A DNA stretch of 64,000 bases from an uncultured Alphaproteobacteria bacterium (GTDB lineage Bacteria; Pseudomonadota; Alphaproteobacteria; Rhodobacterales; Rhodobacteraceae). Below, piece by piece: positions 43,703 through 53,803 of this stretch. Below the pieces are notes generated by a model. It had not been told where the DNA came from and ran no database searches. It worked only from the letters and a program-made list of their open reading frames with translations. Position 1 is the first letter of the stretch, and every line of letters starts with the position of its first letter. The translations under genes were made by a program, and so were the position numbers. The DNA is taken from the NCBI GenBank assembly GCA_902570265.1, contig CACFXF010000009.1:1231-65230 (forward strand), in the 5' to 3' direction.

Positions 43703-46528
43703 TTAATAAGTCTCTGAAAAAAGTTCATTATATTTTTTAACCTCGCATAATGTTTGATAATTTTTAGATATATTTTCAACTAATACTAAATCAAAGTTCA
43801 TATTCTGTTTTGAGAAAAAAATAAAAGCTATCATTTTTTTAATTCTTTTTGAATAAAAACAAAAAACTACTTTTCCTAATAATGAAATTTTTTTTCCATT
43901 TAAATAATGATATACATTAGAACCTTTTACAATATTCTTGGTTAACCCTTTTGGTATCAAACAAACCATCTTAGAATATATAAATTCATCAAAATAAATC
44001 TTATAATAATTGTCAGAAAATTTTGTATTATTATCAGGTATATACCTATTAATAATAGTTGGGGGTTGCAACTTGGTTTTATTTAAATTCTTCCATGATA
44101 TTATACCACTATCTAATTTTATTTTTTCAAAAGATTCTCTTCCAATCAATCCACCTTTTATATCTAATAAATTAGGATAAATATCTTTCAGAAATTGCAC
44201 TGCACATATTGAATTAATTATTATATTTATAAAATAAATAGATCCTATATTTCGAACGGTAATAAATAAATTATGGCCAAGGTAATTTATTTTATGAATA
44301 CTATTCTTTGATTTTAAAGATAATAAAGATTTAATTGTTTTAAATTTATCAGCTATAATTTTATTAGCTAATTTACCAACTAGAGAGAAGACCTGAAAAA
44401 TATCACTTTCTTTAAATATGTTACATTTAAATTCATTTTGCTTTACTGATAATTTTGAAGATAAGTAATCATAAAATTCATCCTCAATTTGAGTATCGAA
44501 AAGCAATAAAATATACTCTTTATTTAAAACTAAAACTAATAAACTATCAAAAAATAAATTATCGTCTTTTGCCAAAATAAAAGAAAAAAAACGGTTTTTA
44601 TCAAAATTGATACTATTAAAGTTTATTATACTTTGAAGAAACCCGATAGCATCCTTACCAATAATTGAAATTTTGGCAAGATCTGAATAATCAGCTATGC
44701 CAACTGTATCAATCAATGATAGCTCATGATCAATATTTGAGAGAGCATCAGTTTCATCTTTGCTTTTATAAAAATATTTTGGTATTAACCAACCATTATT
44801 AAAATAATTTGTGCTTCCAATTTCGTTATAAAAATCATTACATTTCATTAAACGATAAGGAGTTTTTAATTCATTAAAGGAATGATCTCTTATTAAATTT
44901 TTATTAACCATAAATGATAACTTTATCTCATTTCCTTTTTCATCAAAAAATAGATTATTTTCTATTTCTTTTTGAATGAGTTTATCCTTTGAAAAAGATC
45001 TTAAAGCATTAAGCTTCAAATCAATAAATCTATTATTAGTTTGCCTATTGAAAAAATTATTAAATATAAACTTTGGAGAAGTTATCTCTTTAAATTTATT
45101 AAATAAATAAAATCTCAAGTTTTTATAGTAATCAATATCTTTAAGTAGTTCACTATCTAGTTTATATTTTTCAAAAGTAGGAAATTGATAACTACTAACT
45201 TTAAGGTTATGCTTTCTTAAAATTTTGGATGAAATGTTTGCAGTATTTTGTAATAATGAATTTGTACAAAATATGTTATTAAAATCACTTAAAATATCAA
45301 TATTATTATTATATTTATCGGGGATGAATGTTAAGTTTTTTGAGCACCAACTTAAACTGTCAATAACCTCCGTAATAGAGCCTAAATTTAAATCAAAACC
45401 ACCTGAAACTATCAAGTGAGAAGTTTTTAAATTAACAGTTTTACCACTACTATTTAAAATTTTTAACGATTGTGAATTTGAATTACTGTGAATTCTAACA
45501 ATCTGTGCACCTCTGAAAACAGGGCATGATATAGAGAAGTCACAGTCTTCTCTCGTATCGATTACAGCTTTTATTTCAATTCCTAATGATAAAAGTTTAA
45601 ATGCTGTATCCCAACCAAAATTATTATTTGTATAGATAATAATACCATTTGGCAATGTTAGGCCAAAACGATAAATTAATTGCTGTACTTTTCCAGCTAA
45701 CATAATGTTCGGATTATCAAATTTTATACTATAAATTGGTCTTTCTTTAAGCCCTGTTGCTATAATAGCATGTTCAGCAACAATTTTTAGCAATGTAAAT
45801 GAGTGCTTAAGACAACTCTTATTTTGGTTATGATAAACTTTTCTTACAGCAAAAAAATTGCTTTTATCATCTGCATGAATTAATTTTGTATTTTTAAAAA
45901 TTTTACAATTGCCGCTATTTTTTAAACCACTAATTAAATTTTTTGTCCAACTTCTCAAGTTTTGGTTAGCAGTATAAATAACTCCACCAAGTATGAAATC
46001 TCTTTCAATCAGGACCACCTTCAGACCAGCATTTACTAGTATTGAAGCTGCAAATAGACCAGAAATCCCTGCACCAACAATCAAAATTTGTGATGACATA
46101 AACTCAATACGTTCTACAGAGTTCAAATTTGATTGATTATTTTTCTTTTGGAGAAAAAAATTACCAAAAATTTTATTATAATTTTGGGGAAAAAGCATAT
46201 AAAATTCGTTCAAAAAATTAGAACTGAAATTATCAATTAAATTGTTTGCTCTTATTTCAAGACCTGGGTAGGCCTCTTGTTCTAATAAATCATCAAAACC
46301 CAAATTCACATTACGACTTTCATCTTTCAAAAAAAGTTCATTTATTTTTTTTGAAAAAATAAGATCTCTTTTCCCATAAATTTTTATTTTTTCATTTAAT
46401 TGTTTTTTATTATAATAAAATGCAGAACTTACGCTGTCCCCAGGACTAGCTGTTATTTTATGGCTACCTATTTTAATAGGAAATGTTATATCTCTATTAA
46501 TAATACTATTTTTTACTTTTTTAGTCAT
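43703..46528 (-). CDS. Highly divergent sarcosine oxidase alpha subunit-like protein (SoxA-like: N-terminal domain + FAD/NAD Rossmann + GcvT-like folate domain)
   Basis: ITASPGDSVSSAFYYN resembles the GDT(L)ASALLANG region. The dinucleotide motif is ILIVGAGISGLFAASILVNAGLKVVLIERDFILGGV. The C-terminal part is aminomethyltransferase-like (LIDTVGIADYSDLAKISIIGKDAIGFLQ). It is an intact 941-codon ORF in extremely AT-rich DNA. Confidence 0.6.
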   Translation of the reverse strand: MTKKVKNSIINRDITFPIKIGSHKITASPGDSVSSAFYYNKKQLNEKIKIYGKRDLIFSKKINELFLKDESRNVNLGFDDLLEQEAYPGLEIRANNLIDNFSSNFLNEFYMLFPQNYNKIFGNFFLQKKNNQSNLNSVERIEFMSSQILIVGAGISGLFAASILVNAGLKVVLIERDFILGGVIYTANQNLRSWTKNLISGLKNSGNCKIFKNTKLIHADDKSNFFAVRKVYHNQNKSCLKHSFTLLKIVAEHAIIATGLKERPIYSIKFDNPNIMLAGKVQQLIYRFGLTLPNGIIIYTNNNFGWDTAFKLLSLGIEIKAVIDTREDCDFSISCPVFRGAQIVRIHSNSNSQSLKILNSSGKTVNLKTSHLIVSGGFDLNLGSITEVIDSLSWCSKNLTFIPDKYNNNIDILSDFNNIFCTNSLLQNTANISSKILRKHNLKVSSYQFPTFEKYKLDSELLKDIDYYKNLRFYLFNKFKEITSPKFIFNNFFNRQTNNRFIDLKLNALRSFSKDKLIQKEIENNLFFDEKGNEIKLSFMVNKNLIRDHSFNELKTPYRLMKCNDFYNEIGSTNYFNNGWLIPKYFYKSKDETDALSNIDHELSLIDTVGIADYSDLAKISIIGKDAIGFLQSIINFNSINFDKNRFFSFILAKDDNLFFDSLLVLVLNKEYILLLFDTQIEDEFYDYLSSKLSVKQNEFKCNIFKESDIFQVFSLVGKLANKIIADKFKTIKSLLSLKSKNSIHKINYLGHNLFITVRNIGSIYFINIIINSICAVQFLKDIYPNLLDIKGGLIGRESFEKIKLDSGIISWKNLNKTKLQPPTIINRYIPDNNTKFSDNYYKIYFDEFIYSKMVCLIPKGLTKNIVKGSNVYHYLNGKKISLLGKVVFCFYSKRIKKMIAFIFFSKQNMNFDLVLVENISKNYQTLCEVKKYNELFSETY

Positions 46529-46667
46529 TGATGAACATTCCTAAAATAATTTAAAATCAGACTATTTCTTAAATCAAGGATAAATATAATTTCTTTAAGT
46601 TTTAATAAGTAAATCTTGATGACAATGATTTTTTTTTATAAAAGAAACTAAAAATAAGGAATTAACC

Positions 46668-47231
46668 ATGGTAAAGATAAACGGTAATGAGATTAGACCA
46701 GGAAATGTTCTAGAACACAATGATGGATTATGGGTCGCTGTTAAAATCTCACACGTAAAACCAGGCAAGGGAGGTGCATTCGCACAAGTAGAATTAAAAA
46801 ATTTGAGAAATGGTTCCAAATTAAATGAGAGATTTAGATCTGCAGATAAAGTTGAAAAGGTTAGATTAGAACAAAAAGAGCAACAATTCTTATATGAAAG
46901 TGACAACTCACTTTTTTTTATGGATCAAACAACTTTTGAGCAAATTGATTTACCAACTGAGATTATATCAGATAGGCGACCATTTTTAGTTGAAGGTATG
47001 ATAGTTCAGATTGAATATTTTGAAGATGAGCCATTAAGTGTCACTTTACCTGAGAAAGTAACATGTAAAGTAAAAGAAACTGAGCCAACTGTTAAAGGGC
47101 AAACTGCTTCTAATAGCTTTAAACCTGCTACTTTAGAGAACGGCTTTAGGATTTCTGTACCACCATTTGTTCAACAAGATGAAGAAATAGTAGTCTCCAC
47201 TGAAACATTAGAGTATGTAGAACGAGCATAA
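46668..47231 (+). CDS. efp: Elongation factor P
   Basis: It is 187 aa with [17 protein letters not shown]. Confidence 0.9.
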   Translation: MVKINGNEIRPGNVLEHNDGLWVAVKISHVKPGKGGAFAQVELKNLRNGSKLNERFRSADKVEKVRLEQKEQQFLYESDNSLFFMDQTTFEQIDLPTEIISDRRPFLVEGMIVQIEYFEDEPLSVTLPEKVTCKVKETEPTVKGQTASNSFKPATLENGFRISVPPFVQQDEEIVVSTETLEYVERA

Positions 47232-47255
47232 TCAAAAAAAATAGTTAGGATTGAA

Positions 47256-48044
47256 GTGCCTAATCAAAGTGCAACAATAAATGTTATGATACAAGCTGCA
47301 AGAAAAGCAGCTAAGAGTTTATTAAAAGATTTTGCTGAAGTAGAAAACTTACAAGCATCAACAAAATCTCCAGGTGATTTTGTATCCAAAGCAGACTTAA
47401 GGGCAGAAAAAATAATAAGATATGAGTTAGAGAAAGCTCGTCCCTACTATGGTTGGGTGGGTGAGGAAAGTGAAGAAACTATTGGTAAAGATCCAACTAG
47501 GAGATGGATAGTTGATCCTTTAGATGGAACTAGTAACTTTCTTCATGGAATACCACATTGGGCAATTTCAATTGCCTTAGAACATAAAAATGAAATTACT
47601 ACAGGTGTGATTTATGACCCCATTAGAGATGAATGCTTTTTTGCTGAAAAAGGAAATGGTGCTTGGTTAAATGATAAAAGGTTGAGAGTATCCGGCAGAA
47701 CTCAAATGATTGAGATGTTATTTTCAACTGGAATTCCTTTTGCAAATAAATCAGGATTATCTTTAACACTTAAAGAAATAGAATCTATTATGCCAAAGTG
47801 TTCTGGGTTACGTAGAGATGGTTCAGCGGCATTAGATCTAGCCTATGTAGCTTCTGGTAGATTTGATGGATACTGGGAAAGAGGTCTTAATAGCTGGGAT
47901 ATAGCAGCTGGAATTATTATTGTAAAAGAATCAGGTGGTATAATTAGCTCATTAAAAAAAGGAGAAAATCCCATTTCAAATGGATCAATTCTTGCCGCAA
48001 GTGGTAAAGTTTTTGAAGAGTTTTCAAACTTGATTATGACTTAA
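47256..48044 (+). CDS. suhB: Inositol monophosphatase family protein
   Basis: It has a GTG start. The family motifs WIVDPLDGTSNF and WDIAAG are present. Confidence 0.85.
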   Translation: MPNQSATINVMIQAARKAAKSLLKDFAEVENLQASTKSPGDFVSKADLRAEKIIRYELEKARPYYGWVGEESEETIGKDPTRRWIVDPLDGTSNFLHGIPHWAISIALEHKNEITTGVIYDPIRDECFFAEKGNGAWLNDKRLRVSGRTQMIEMLFSTGIPFANKSGLSLTLKEIESIMPKCSGLRRDGSAALDLAYVASGRFDGYWERGLNSWDIAAGIIIVKESGGIISSLKKGENPISNGSILAASGKVFEEFSNLIMT

Positions 48045-48046
48045 TA

Positions 48047-48853
48047 CTATCCTTTATTTAATACCTTTAATTCAGTCTCTCCGCAAAATAGTTTCCCTTT
48101 TGAATAAATGAACTTAATAAGGCCAAGCCCTTTATTGTTTAAAGAAGAAGTTATACTACCTACTGGTTTACCATTTTCATTGGTTATTTGGCTATTTAAT
48201 TCTAATACTTGGGTTGCACTTTGCAATATCACTAATCCATTTTTTAAAGCTGTTTTGTGTCTCATTCTAGCAGTAACTTCTTGACCAACAAAACATCCTT
48301 TAGTGAAACTTACTCCATTTATTTTATCAAAACCGGTTTCAAGTATATAAGTATCACCACTTTTTAGTTCGTACCCACATTTGGGAATACATAAATCAAT
48401 CCTTTTTTTTTCATATTCTTTAAAGAAATTTTCCTCATCTTCTAAATCATGGTTAATTAAATTCCTAAGGACAATTTTTCTCCAACCTAGTTTTTTGTTT
48501 CTTGGATCGTTAAAACTACCTTTAATACTTTCACCAAAACCAAGAATAATTGATGACTCAATTTCTTCAAATGAAACATTAGATCTTAATTTATATAAAT
48601 TTAATTTATCCAAAAATCCTTTATAGTTTTCCAAATTGATATCTATAAAAAAATTTTCTTCATCTAAACCAGCAATAAAAAAATCAAATAAATATTTTCC
48701 CTGAGGTGTAAGTAATGCAGAATATATTAATGATGAGATTGATTCCTCAATATTATTAGTTATTATCCCTTGCAGAAATTTTTTTGCATCTGTACCAGAA
48801 ACTTTTACTAACTTTCTCGATTTGTCTAAAAATTGTCCTCTTTCAAGATTCAA
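48047..48853 (-). CDS. ygfZ: YgfZ-type folate-binding protein (GcvT-like)
   Basis: It is 268 aa with GTDAKKFLQGIITNNI and the KGCFVGQE motif. Confidence 0.75.
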   Translation of the reverse strand: MNLERGQFLDKSRKLVKVSGTDAKKFLQGIITNNIEESISSLIYSALLTPQGKYLFDFFIAGLDEENFFIDINLENYKGFLDKLNLYKLRSNVSFEEIESSIILGFGESIKGSFNDPRNKKLGWRKIVLRNLINHDLEDEENFFKEYEKKRIDLCIPKCGYELKSGDTYILETGFDKINGVSFTKGCFVGQEVTARMRHKTALKNGLVILQSATQVLELNSQITNENGKPVGSITSSLNNKGLGLIKFIYSKGKLFCGETELKVLNKG

Positions 48854-50646
48854 TTAACTTTACCCTCTATTTGTTGTAAATTATATAAATCATAATATAG
48901 TTTTTTATTATTTATTAAATTTTTGTGAATACCTTCCTCTACTACTTTACCTTTATCAATAACTACTATTTTATTCGCATTTTTTATATTTGATATTTTG
49001 TGTGATATGTAGATCGTTGTCTTTTTTAAAGATGCTTTTTTAAAAGCCTTTTGTAACAACTCTTCTGATTTTGAGTCTAAAGCAGTGGTAGGTTCATCAA
49101 GCAACAATATAGGACAATTTCTAACTAATGCTCTTGCAATATTTACTCTTTGTCTTTGCCCACCTGATAAGTTAGATCCTCTAGGTCCTACTTTTGTGTA
49201 AAGTTTTTTAGGCATATTATCTGAAAATTCTTTTACATAAGAAATATCACAGGCATTTAGGATCTCTGTTTTTGTAGCATCTAATTTACCAATTTTAATA
49301 TTCTCATATATAGTTTCATCAAATAGCTGATTTTCTTGTATTATGATTGAGATATTGGATCTGAGTTCATTTGGTTCAATACAAGAAATATCAACTCCAT
49401 CAATAAAAATTTTACCTCTAGTTGGAATTAAAATTCCTGTTATAAGTTTTAAAATAGAACTTTTTCCTGCACCTGATTTTCCAACTAAAGCAACTAACTG
49501 ACCTGAAGGTATTGAAAAAGTAATATCATCTAATATTTTTTTATTTCCCTTGATTAATGATACATTTTCAAAATTAATATCACCCAGAAAGTTTATTTTT
49601 TTATTTATATATTTTAAACCATTAGTTGCCGGTAATGGACTTTGCACCATGAATAGTTCATGTACTTTATCTGCACTTGCAAGCATAACTTGAAAATTAC
49701 CAGCTACATTACTTAATCTACGTAGTGGCTCAAAAATTAAGGCCATTGCAGTAAAAAAAGCCATAAAATCACCAATAGATTTTTCGCCAGAAACAATCTG
49801 TGCTCCACCAAAAATCATTACACCTAAAAAACCGATCCCTGCAATAAAATCAATTAACGCAGGTGTTGAAGCAACTCCACCCTCAATTTTTAATTTAATC
49901 TTTCTAACTTTTTCTAATAACTTTTTAAAAGAATTAAGTCTATATGTTTGAAGTGAGTATAATTTTAAAATTGATATACCATGAAAAATTTCATCTAAAG
50001 AGATACTTAAATCTGCCTCAATATTTCTATTTTCTCCAGATATTTTACGGATCCATTTTTGCAATAAAAAAATTGGGATTACGAGTATAGGAGCACCAAT
50101 AAAAGCAATAACAGTCCATTTCCAATCTACATATAATGCAACGGTTATTAACGAAACGAGGGCAATACCATCCTTCACTAAAGTCATAAATATTGAACCA
50201 GCAGAACTTGTAATTAATCTTGTATCAACCCTCATTCTTTCAATCAATACACCAGGTGAAGTTTTATCATAAAAAGGAAGACCCAAATTAATTAATTTCT
50301 CTAAAAGCTTTTGCTGTAATGATTTTTCAACTTTTTGTCCTACCCAAGTTACAATTAATCGTTGGATAAGACCGGCACATGATCTAAGAAAAAAAATTAA
50401 AAATATAATAAAACCCACTGAAATTAAAGCAGATTGATTGCTTGGGATAAAAACTTTGTCAAACATAGATTTTATAGAATAGGAAAGTAATCCCAACATA
50501 CTTCCTTCAAGACTCATAAAAAATATCCCGATAACTAATATTGGCCAATATTTTTTGAAATAATTAGTCCAATACCACTTTATGACTAAATAAGGATCCT
50601 CTTTTAACTTTTTTGAAGTTTTTTTTAATTTACCACTTGGCATCAA
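48850..50646 (-). CDS. ABC exporter, fused permease/ATPase (MsbA-like)
   Basis: It has a 6-TM N-terminal half. Walker A is GKSGAGKSS and the signature is LSGGQRQR. No C39/CLD domain is present and there is no adjacent MFP gene. Confidence 0.8.
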   Translation of the reverse strand: MMPSGKLKKTSKKLKEDPYLVIKWYWTNYFKKYWPILVIGIFFMSLEGSMLGLLSYSIKSMFDKVFIPSNQSALISVGFIIFLIFFLRSCAGLIQRLIVTWVGQKVEKSLQQKLLEKLINLGLPFYDKTSPGVLIERMRVDTRLITSSAGSIFMTLVKDGIALVSLITVALYVDWKWTVIAFIGAPILVIPIFLLQKWIRKISGENRNIEADLSISLDEIFHGISILKLYSLQTYRLNSFKKLLEKVRKIKLKIEGGVASTPALIDFIAGIGFLGVMIFGGAQIVSGEKSIGDFMAFFTAMALIFEPLRRLSNVAGNFQVMLASADKVHELFMVQSPLPATNGLKYINKKINFLGDINFENVSLIKGNKKILDDITFSIPSGQLVALVGKSGAGKSSILKLITGILIPTRGKIFIDGVDISCIEPNELRSNISIIIQENQLFDETIYENIKIGKLDATKTEILNACDISYVKEFSDNMPKKLYTKVGPRGSNLSGGQRQRVNIARALVRNCPILLLDEPTTALDSKSEELLQKAFKKASLKKTTIYISHKISNIKNANKIVVIDKGKVVEEGIHKNLINNKKLYYDLYNLQQIEGKVN

Positions 50647-50664
50647 ATTTTCTGCTCATACTAA

Positions 50665-51336
50665 TTATCCCCTATATTCTTTTGTAAGTTTATTAGGGTC
50701 GTATTTATTTTTAATCCAAGAACGAAAACTTAAACCAGAAATTTTTTGTTCCTTTTCATATGTATCTAACATAAAATCCAGTATACCAGATCTTGAGAAC
50801 TTAAGATGTAAAAATCTTAAAGAAAGTTGCTTTCTAGCAATTGCGAAAGGTGTGTTTAATACTATCAAGTGATACATAACTGATGCTAACCCAGCCCTAT
50901 CAGCTCCAGATTTACAATGTAACAAAATAGGATAAGTAACTCTTTCAAAAATATCGGCTAAACCAAGCAACTCTTTTGAACTAGCTAGTCTTGTGGCATA
51001 AAGAGGATGATCTATTAATTTTATTCCTAAATCTTTACATTTTTGTAATTCTAAAAAATAAGATCCTTGATTACTTGCTCCTCTTAAATTTATAACTGTT
51101 TTTATACCACTTTTAGCCCAAGTTTTTAACCTATCTGGAGAAGGCTGATTAGACCTAAAAACTCCAGGTGCGACCTCTGCTTTGTTATGATAAAAAAATC
51201 TTAAAAACTCGTGATCAATCCAAAAAGCATGGCGCTTTGCTGAATTAAATTGTTTTTTTGAACCATCCAAATTTTCTATAGATTTTCTCCAATCTAAATC
51301 AAACTTATTAAATCTATTTTTTATAGTGGAAAACAA
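50665..51336 (-). CDS. Protein tyrosine/dual-specificity phosphatase-like protein
   Basis: The CX5R active-site loop is HCKSGADRAG. Confidence 0.7.
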   Translation of the reverse strand: MFSTIKNRFNKFDLDWRKSIENLDGSKKQFNSAKRHAFWIDHEFLRFFYHNKAEVAPGVFRSNQPSPDRLKTWAKSGIKTVINLRGASNQGSYFLELQKCKDLGIKLIDHPLYATRLASSKELLGLADIFERVTYPILLHCKSGADRAGLASVMYHLIVLNTPFAIARKQLSLRFLHLKFSRSGILDFMLDTYEKEQKISGLSFRSWIKNKYDPNKLTKEYRG

Positions 51337-51450
51337 TCTAAACTCATTATAAATATTAATATGAATTTTTAATAGTTAACTTTATAATCAAAAATAAGCA
51401 ACCTTTGTTAACATCTGTGAATATTAAATAAAGTAATTAATAATCTGTAA

Positions 51451-52689
51451 ATGGAAAAAATACAAAAAATCAATTTATCGTTTGGAAAAGACCATCTTGC
51501 TATCCCAGGACCTTCAAATATTCCACAAAGGGTTTTACAAGCCATGAATCAGCCTTCACCAAATATTTATGGTGAAGAAATAATTGATACAACGCAAAAA
51601 GTGATGAGTGGGATTAAAGATTTTGCTAATACTTCAGGAAGCGTGATTATTTATATTTCCAATGGCCATGGAGTATGGGAGGCAACATTAGTAAACTTAT
51701 TCAAAGAAGGTGACAAAATTTTACTTTGCTGCAATGGTCATTTTGGACATAAGTGGGGTAAAATAGCAAAAAAATTAAAATTAAAAATTGAATATCTTGA
51801 TGTTGGTTTTTCTGAAGCAATAGACCCAGGTAAAATTGAGGCAATTTTAAAAAAAGACAGAAAACAGGAAATAAAAGGTGTTCTAACTACATATACCGAT
51901 ACATCTAGTTCAGGTAAAAATAATGTCAAAGAATTTAAAAATGCTATTAATTTGGCAAATCACGGCGCTCTATTAATAATAGACTGTATTGCATCTTTTG
52001 GGTGTGAAAGGATTGAGATGGATCCTTGGGGAATTGATGTCTTAATAACCGCTTCACAGAAGGGTTTAATGACACCTCCAGGACTTGGTTATTGTATAAT
52101 TAGCGAAAACGTTAAAGAAAATATAAATAATTACAAATCTAGTAATAAAATAATATCTCCATATTGGGATTGGCACCCACGACTTAACCCAGAGAGATTT
52201 TATGAAATTTTTTCTGGTACACCACCAACAAATCTTTTGATCGGACAACTAGAAGCCCTTAAAATGTTAAATGAAGAAGGAAGAGAAAATGTTTTTTTAA
52301 GACATAAAATTCTATCTGGAATGGTTTGGACTTGTATAGAGCACTTGGGTTCAGATGGTAATGCTTTAGAACTTAATATCAAAAAAATTAAAGAAAGATC
52401 AAATGCAGTCACAACAGTATTTTCAAAAGGCTTTGATTTTACGAAAACACGAGAATGGATATCTGAACAAGGTGGTGTAGACCTAGGAATTGGGTTAGGT
52501 TTTACATCCTTAGAGTTACTGGGAGGTAAGTCAGTTTTTAGGATTGGACATATGGGTCATTTAAATCCTCACATGATTTTAGGTGTTTTATCTTTACTAG
52601 AAGCTGGATTAACTATGAATAAAATACCCCATCGATCAGGTGGGGTAACTGCAGCAAACAATTTTATGCTGAAAATGATAAAACAATAA
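51451..52689 (+). CDS. Class-V aminotransferase (serine/alanine-glyoxylate type)
   Basis: It is 412 aa with the PLP-lysine region ITASQKGLMTPPGLG. Confidence 0.75.
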   Translation: MEKIQKINLSFGKDHLAIPGPSNIPQRVLQAMNQPSPNIYGEEIIDTTQKVMSGIKDFANTSGSVIIYISNGHGVWEATLVNLFKEGDKILLCCNGHFGHKWGKIAKKLKLKIEYLDVGFSEAIDPGKIEAILKKDRKQEIKGVLTTYTDTSSSGKNNVKEFKNAINLANHGALLIIDCIASFGCERIEMDPWGIDVLITASQKGLMTPPGLGYCIISENVKENINNYKSSNKIISPYWDWHPRLNPERFYEIFSGTPPTNLLIGQLEALKMLNEEGRENVFLRHKILSGMVWTCIEHLGSDGNALELNIKKIKERSNAVTTVFSKGFDFTKTREWISEQGGVDLGIGLGFTSLELLGGKSVFRIGHMGHLNPHMILGVLSLLEAGLTMNKIPHRSGGVTAANNFMLKMIKQ

Positions 52690-52703
52690 CTTGAAATAAT
52701 TTA

Positions 52704-53792
52704 TTATAGTGCAAGTTTAAGAGAAGAAGCGAAATAATCTAAATCTAAGTCATTTCCAACAGTTAGTCTAATACACCTATTTAAAGGAGCTACTGATGGC
52801 ATCCTAATAAAAACACCAAGATTTATCAAATTTTCCATTACCTTTTTAGCATATTCACTGTTTTTCCCACAGTCTATTGCTACAAAATTTGTGAATGATT
52901 TAATATATGTTAGGTCATTTATTTCAGAAATTTTATATATTTTAGATTTTGCTAACTCTACATTTTTAAGAATATTATTAAGATATTTTTTATCATTTAG
53001 TGAAGCTAGAGCACCACATTGAGCAACTCTATTAACTCCAAAATGATTTCTTATTTTGTCAAAATTTCTTATCAGGTTATCTTCACCAAAAGCATATCCT
53101 ATTCTTGCTCCCGCTAAGCCATAAGCCTTTGAAAAAGTTCTAAATCTAATTACTTTTTCATTATTGATATCTATATCAGGAATATATTTTAATGGTGCAA
53201 AATCAGAATATGCTTCATCTAAGCAAAGCAAGCAATCCTCTGGTAAATTTTTTATAAAATCATAAATTTTTTTTCCTTCAAGAGCAGTTCCCATAGGATT
53301 ATCTGGATTAGCCAAATAAACTAATTTAGCATTATTTTTTTTAACAGCATCTAAAAGTGCATCTAAGTTTTCATGATCATTACTATATGGAACAAGAATA
53401 AGCTGGCCACCGGATGCATTTACATGGTAATTAAATGTAGGATATGCTCCTAAAGATGTAATAACTTTAGTATTAGTTTTTACTAATAATCTTACCAAAT
53501 ACCCAAGTAAGGCATCAATGCCTTCACCTATCATTATATTTTTAATACTAATTTTTAATTTTTTTGAAAGTGCAACCTTAAGATCAAAATTTTCTGGATC
53601 TCCATATTTCCAAATATCTTTTGCAATACAGGTTTTCATTGCATTAATAACACTTTCGGAAGGACCAAATACACTTTCATTTGCTCCCAAACGAGATTTA
53701 AACTTCTTACCTAAGTTTCTTTCCTGAGTTTCTGGACCAATAAATGGTACATCAGCAGATAATTTCTTTATTATATTTGTGTAAGAAGGCAT
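52704..53792 (-). CDS. hisC: Histidinol-phosphate aminotransferase-like (class II) aminotransferase
   Basis: It is 362 aa with RTFSKAYGLAGARIGY and LANPDNPMG. Confidence 0.75.
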   Translation of the reverse strand: MPSYTNIIKKLSADVPFIGPETQERNLGKKFKSRLGANESVFGPSESVINAMKTCIAKDIWKYGDPENFDLKVALSKKLKISIKNIMIGEGIDALLGYLVRLLVKTNTKVITSLGAYPTFNYHVNASGGQLILVPYSNDHENLDALLDAVKKNNAKLVYLANPDNPMGTALEGKKIYDFIKNLPEDCLLCLDEAYSDFAPLKYIPDIDINNEKVIRFRTFSKAYGLAGARIGYAFGEDNLIRNFDKIRNHFGVNRVAQCGALASLNDKKYLNNILKNVELAKSKIYKISEINDLTYIKSFTNFVAIDCGKNSEYAKKVMENLINLGVFIRMPSVAPLNRCIRLTVGNDLDLDYFASSLKLAL

Positions 53793-53803
53793 AATATTTT
53801 TTA

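Noticed and set aside
48850-50646. The ABC exporter, together with tolC at 56929-58233, as the dedicated type-1 secretion system for the giant RTX protein
   Set aside because: It has an MsbA-like architecture without a C39/CLD N-terminal domain. There is no membrane-fusion protein gene next to it. It lies 38 kb from the adhesin inside a run of housekeeping genes.
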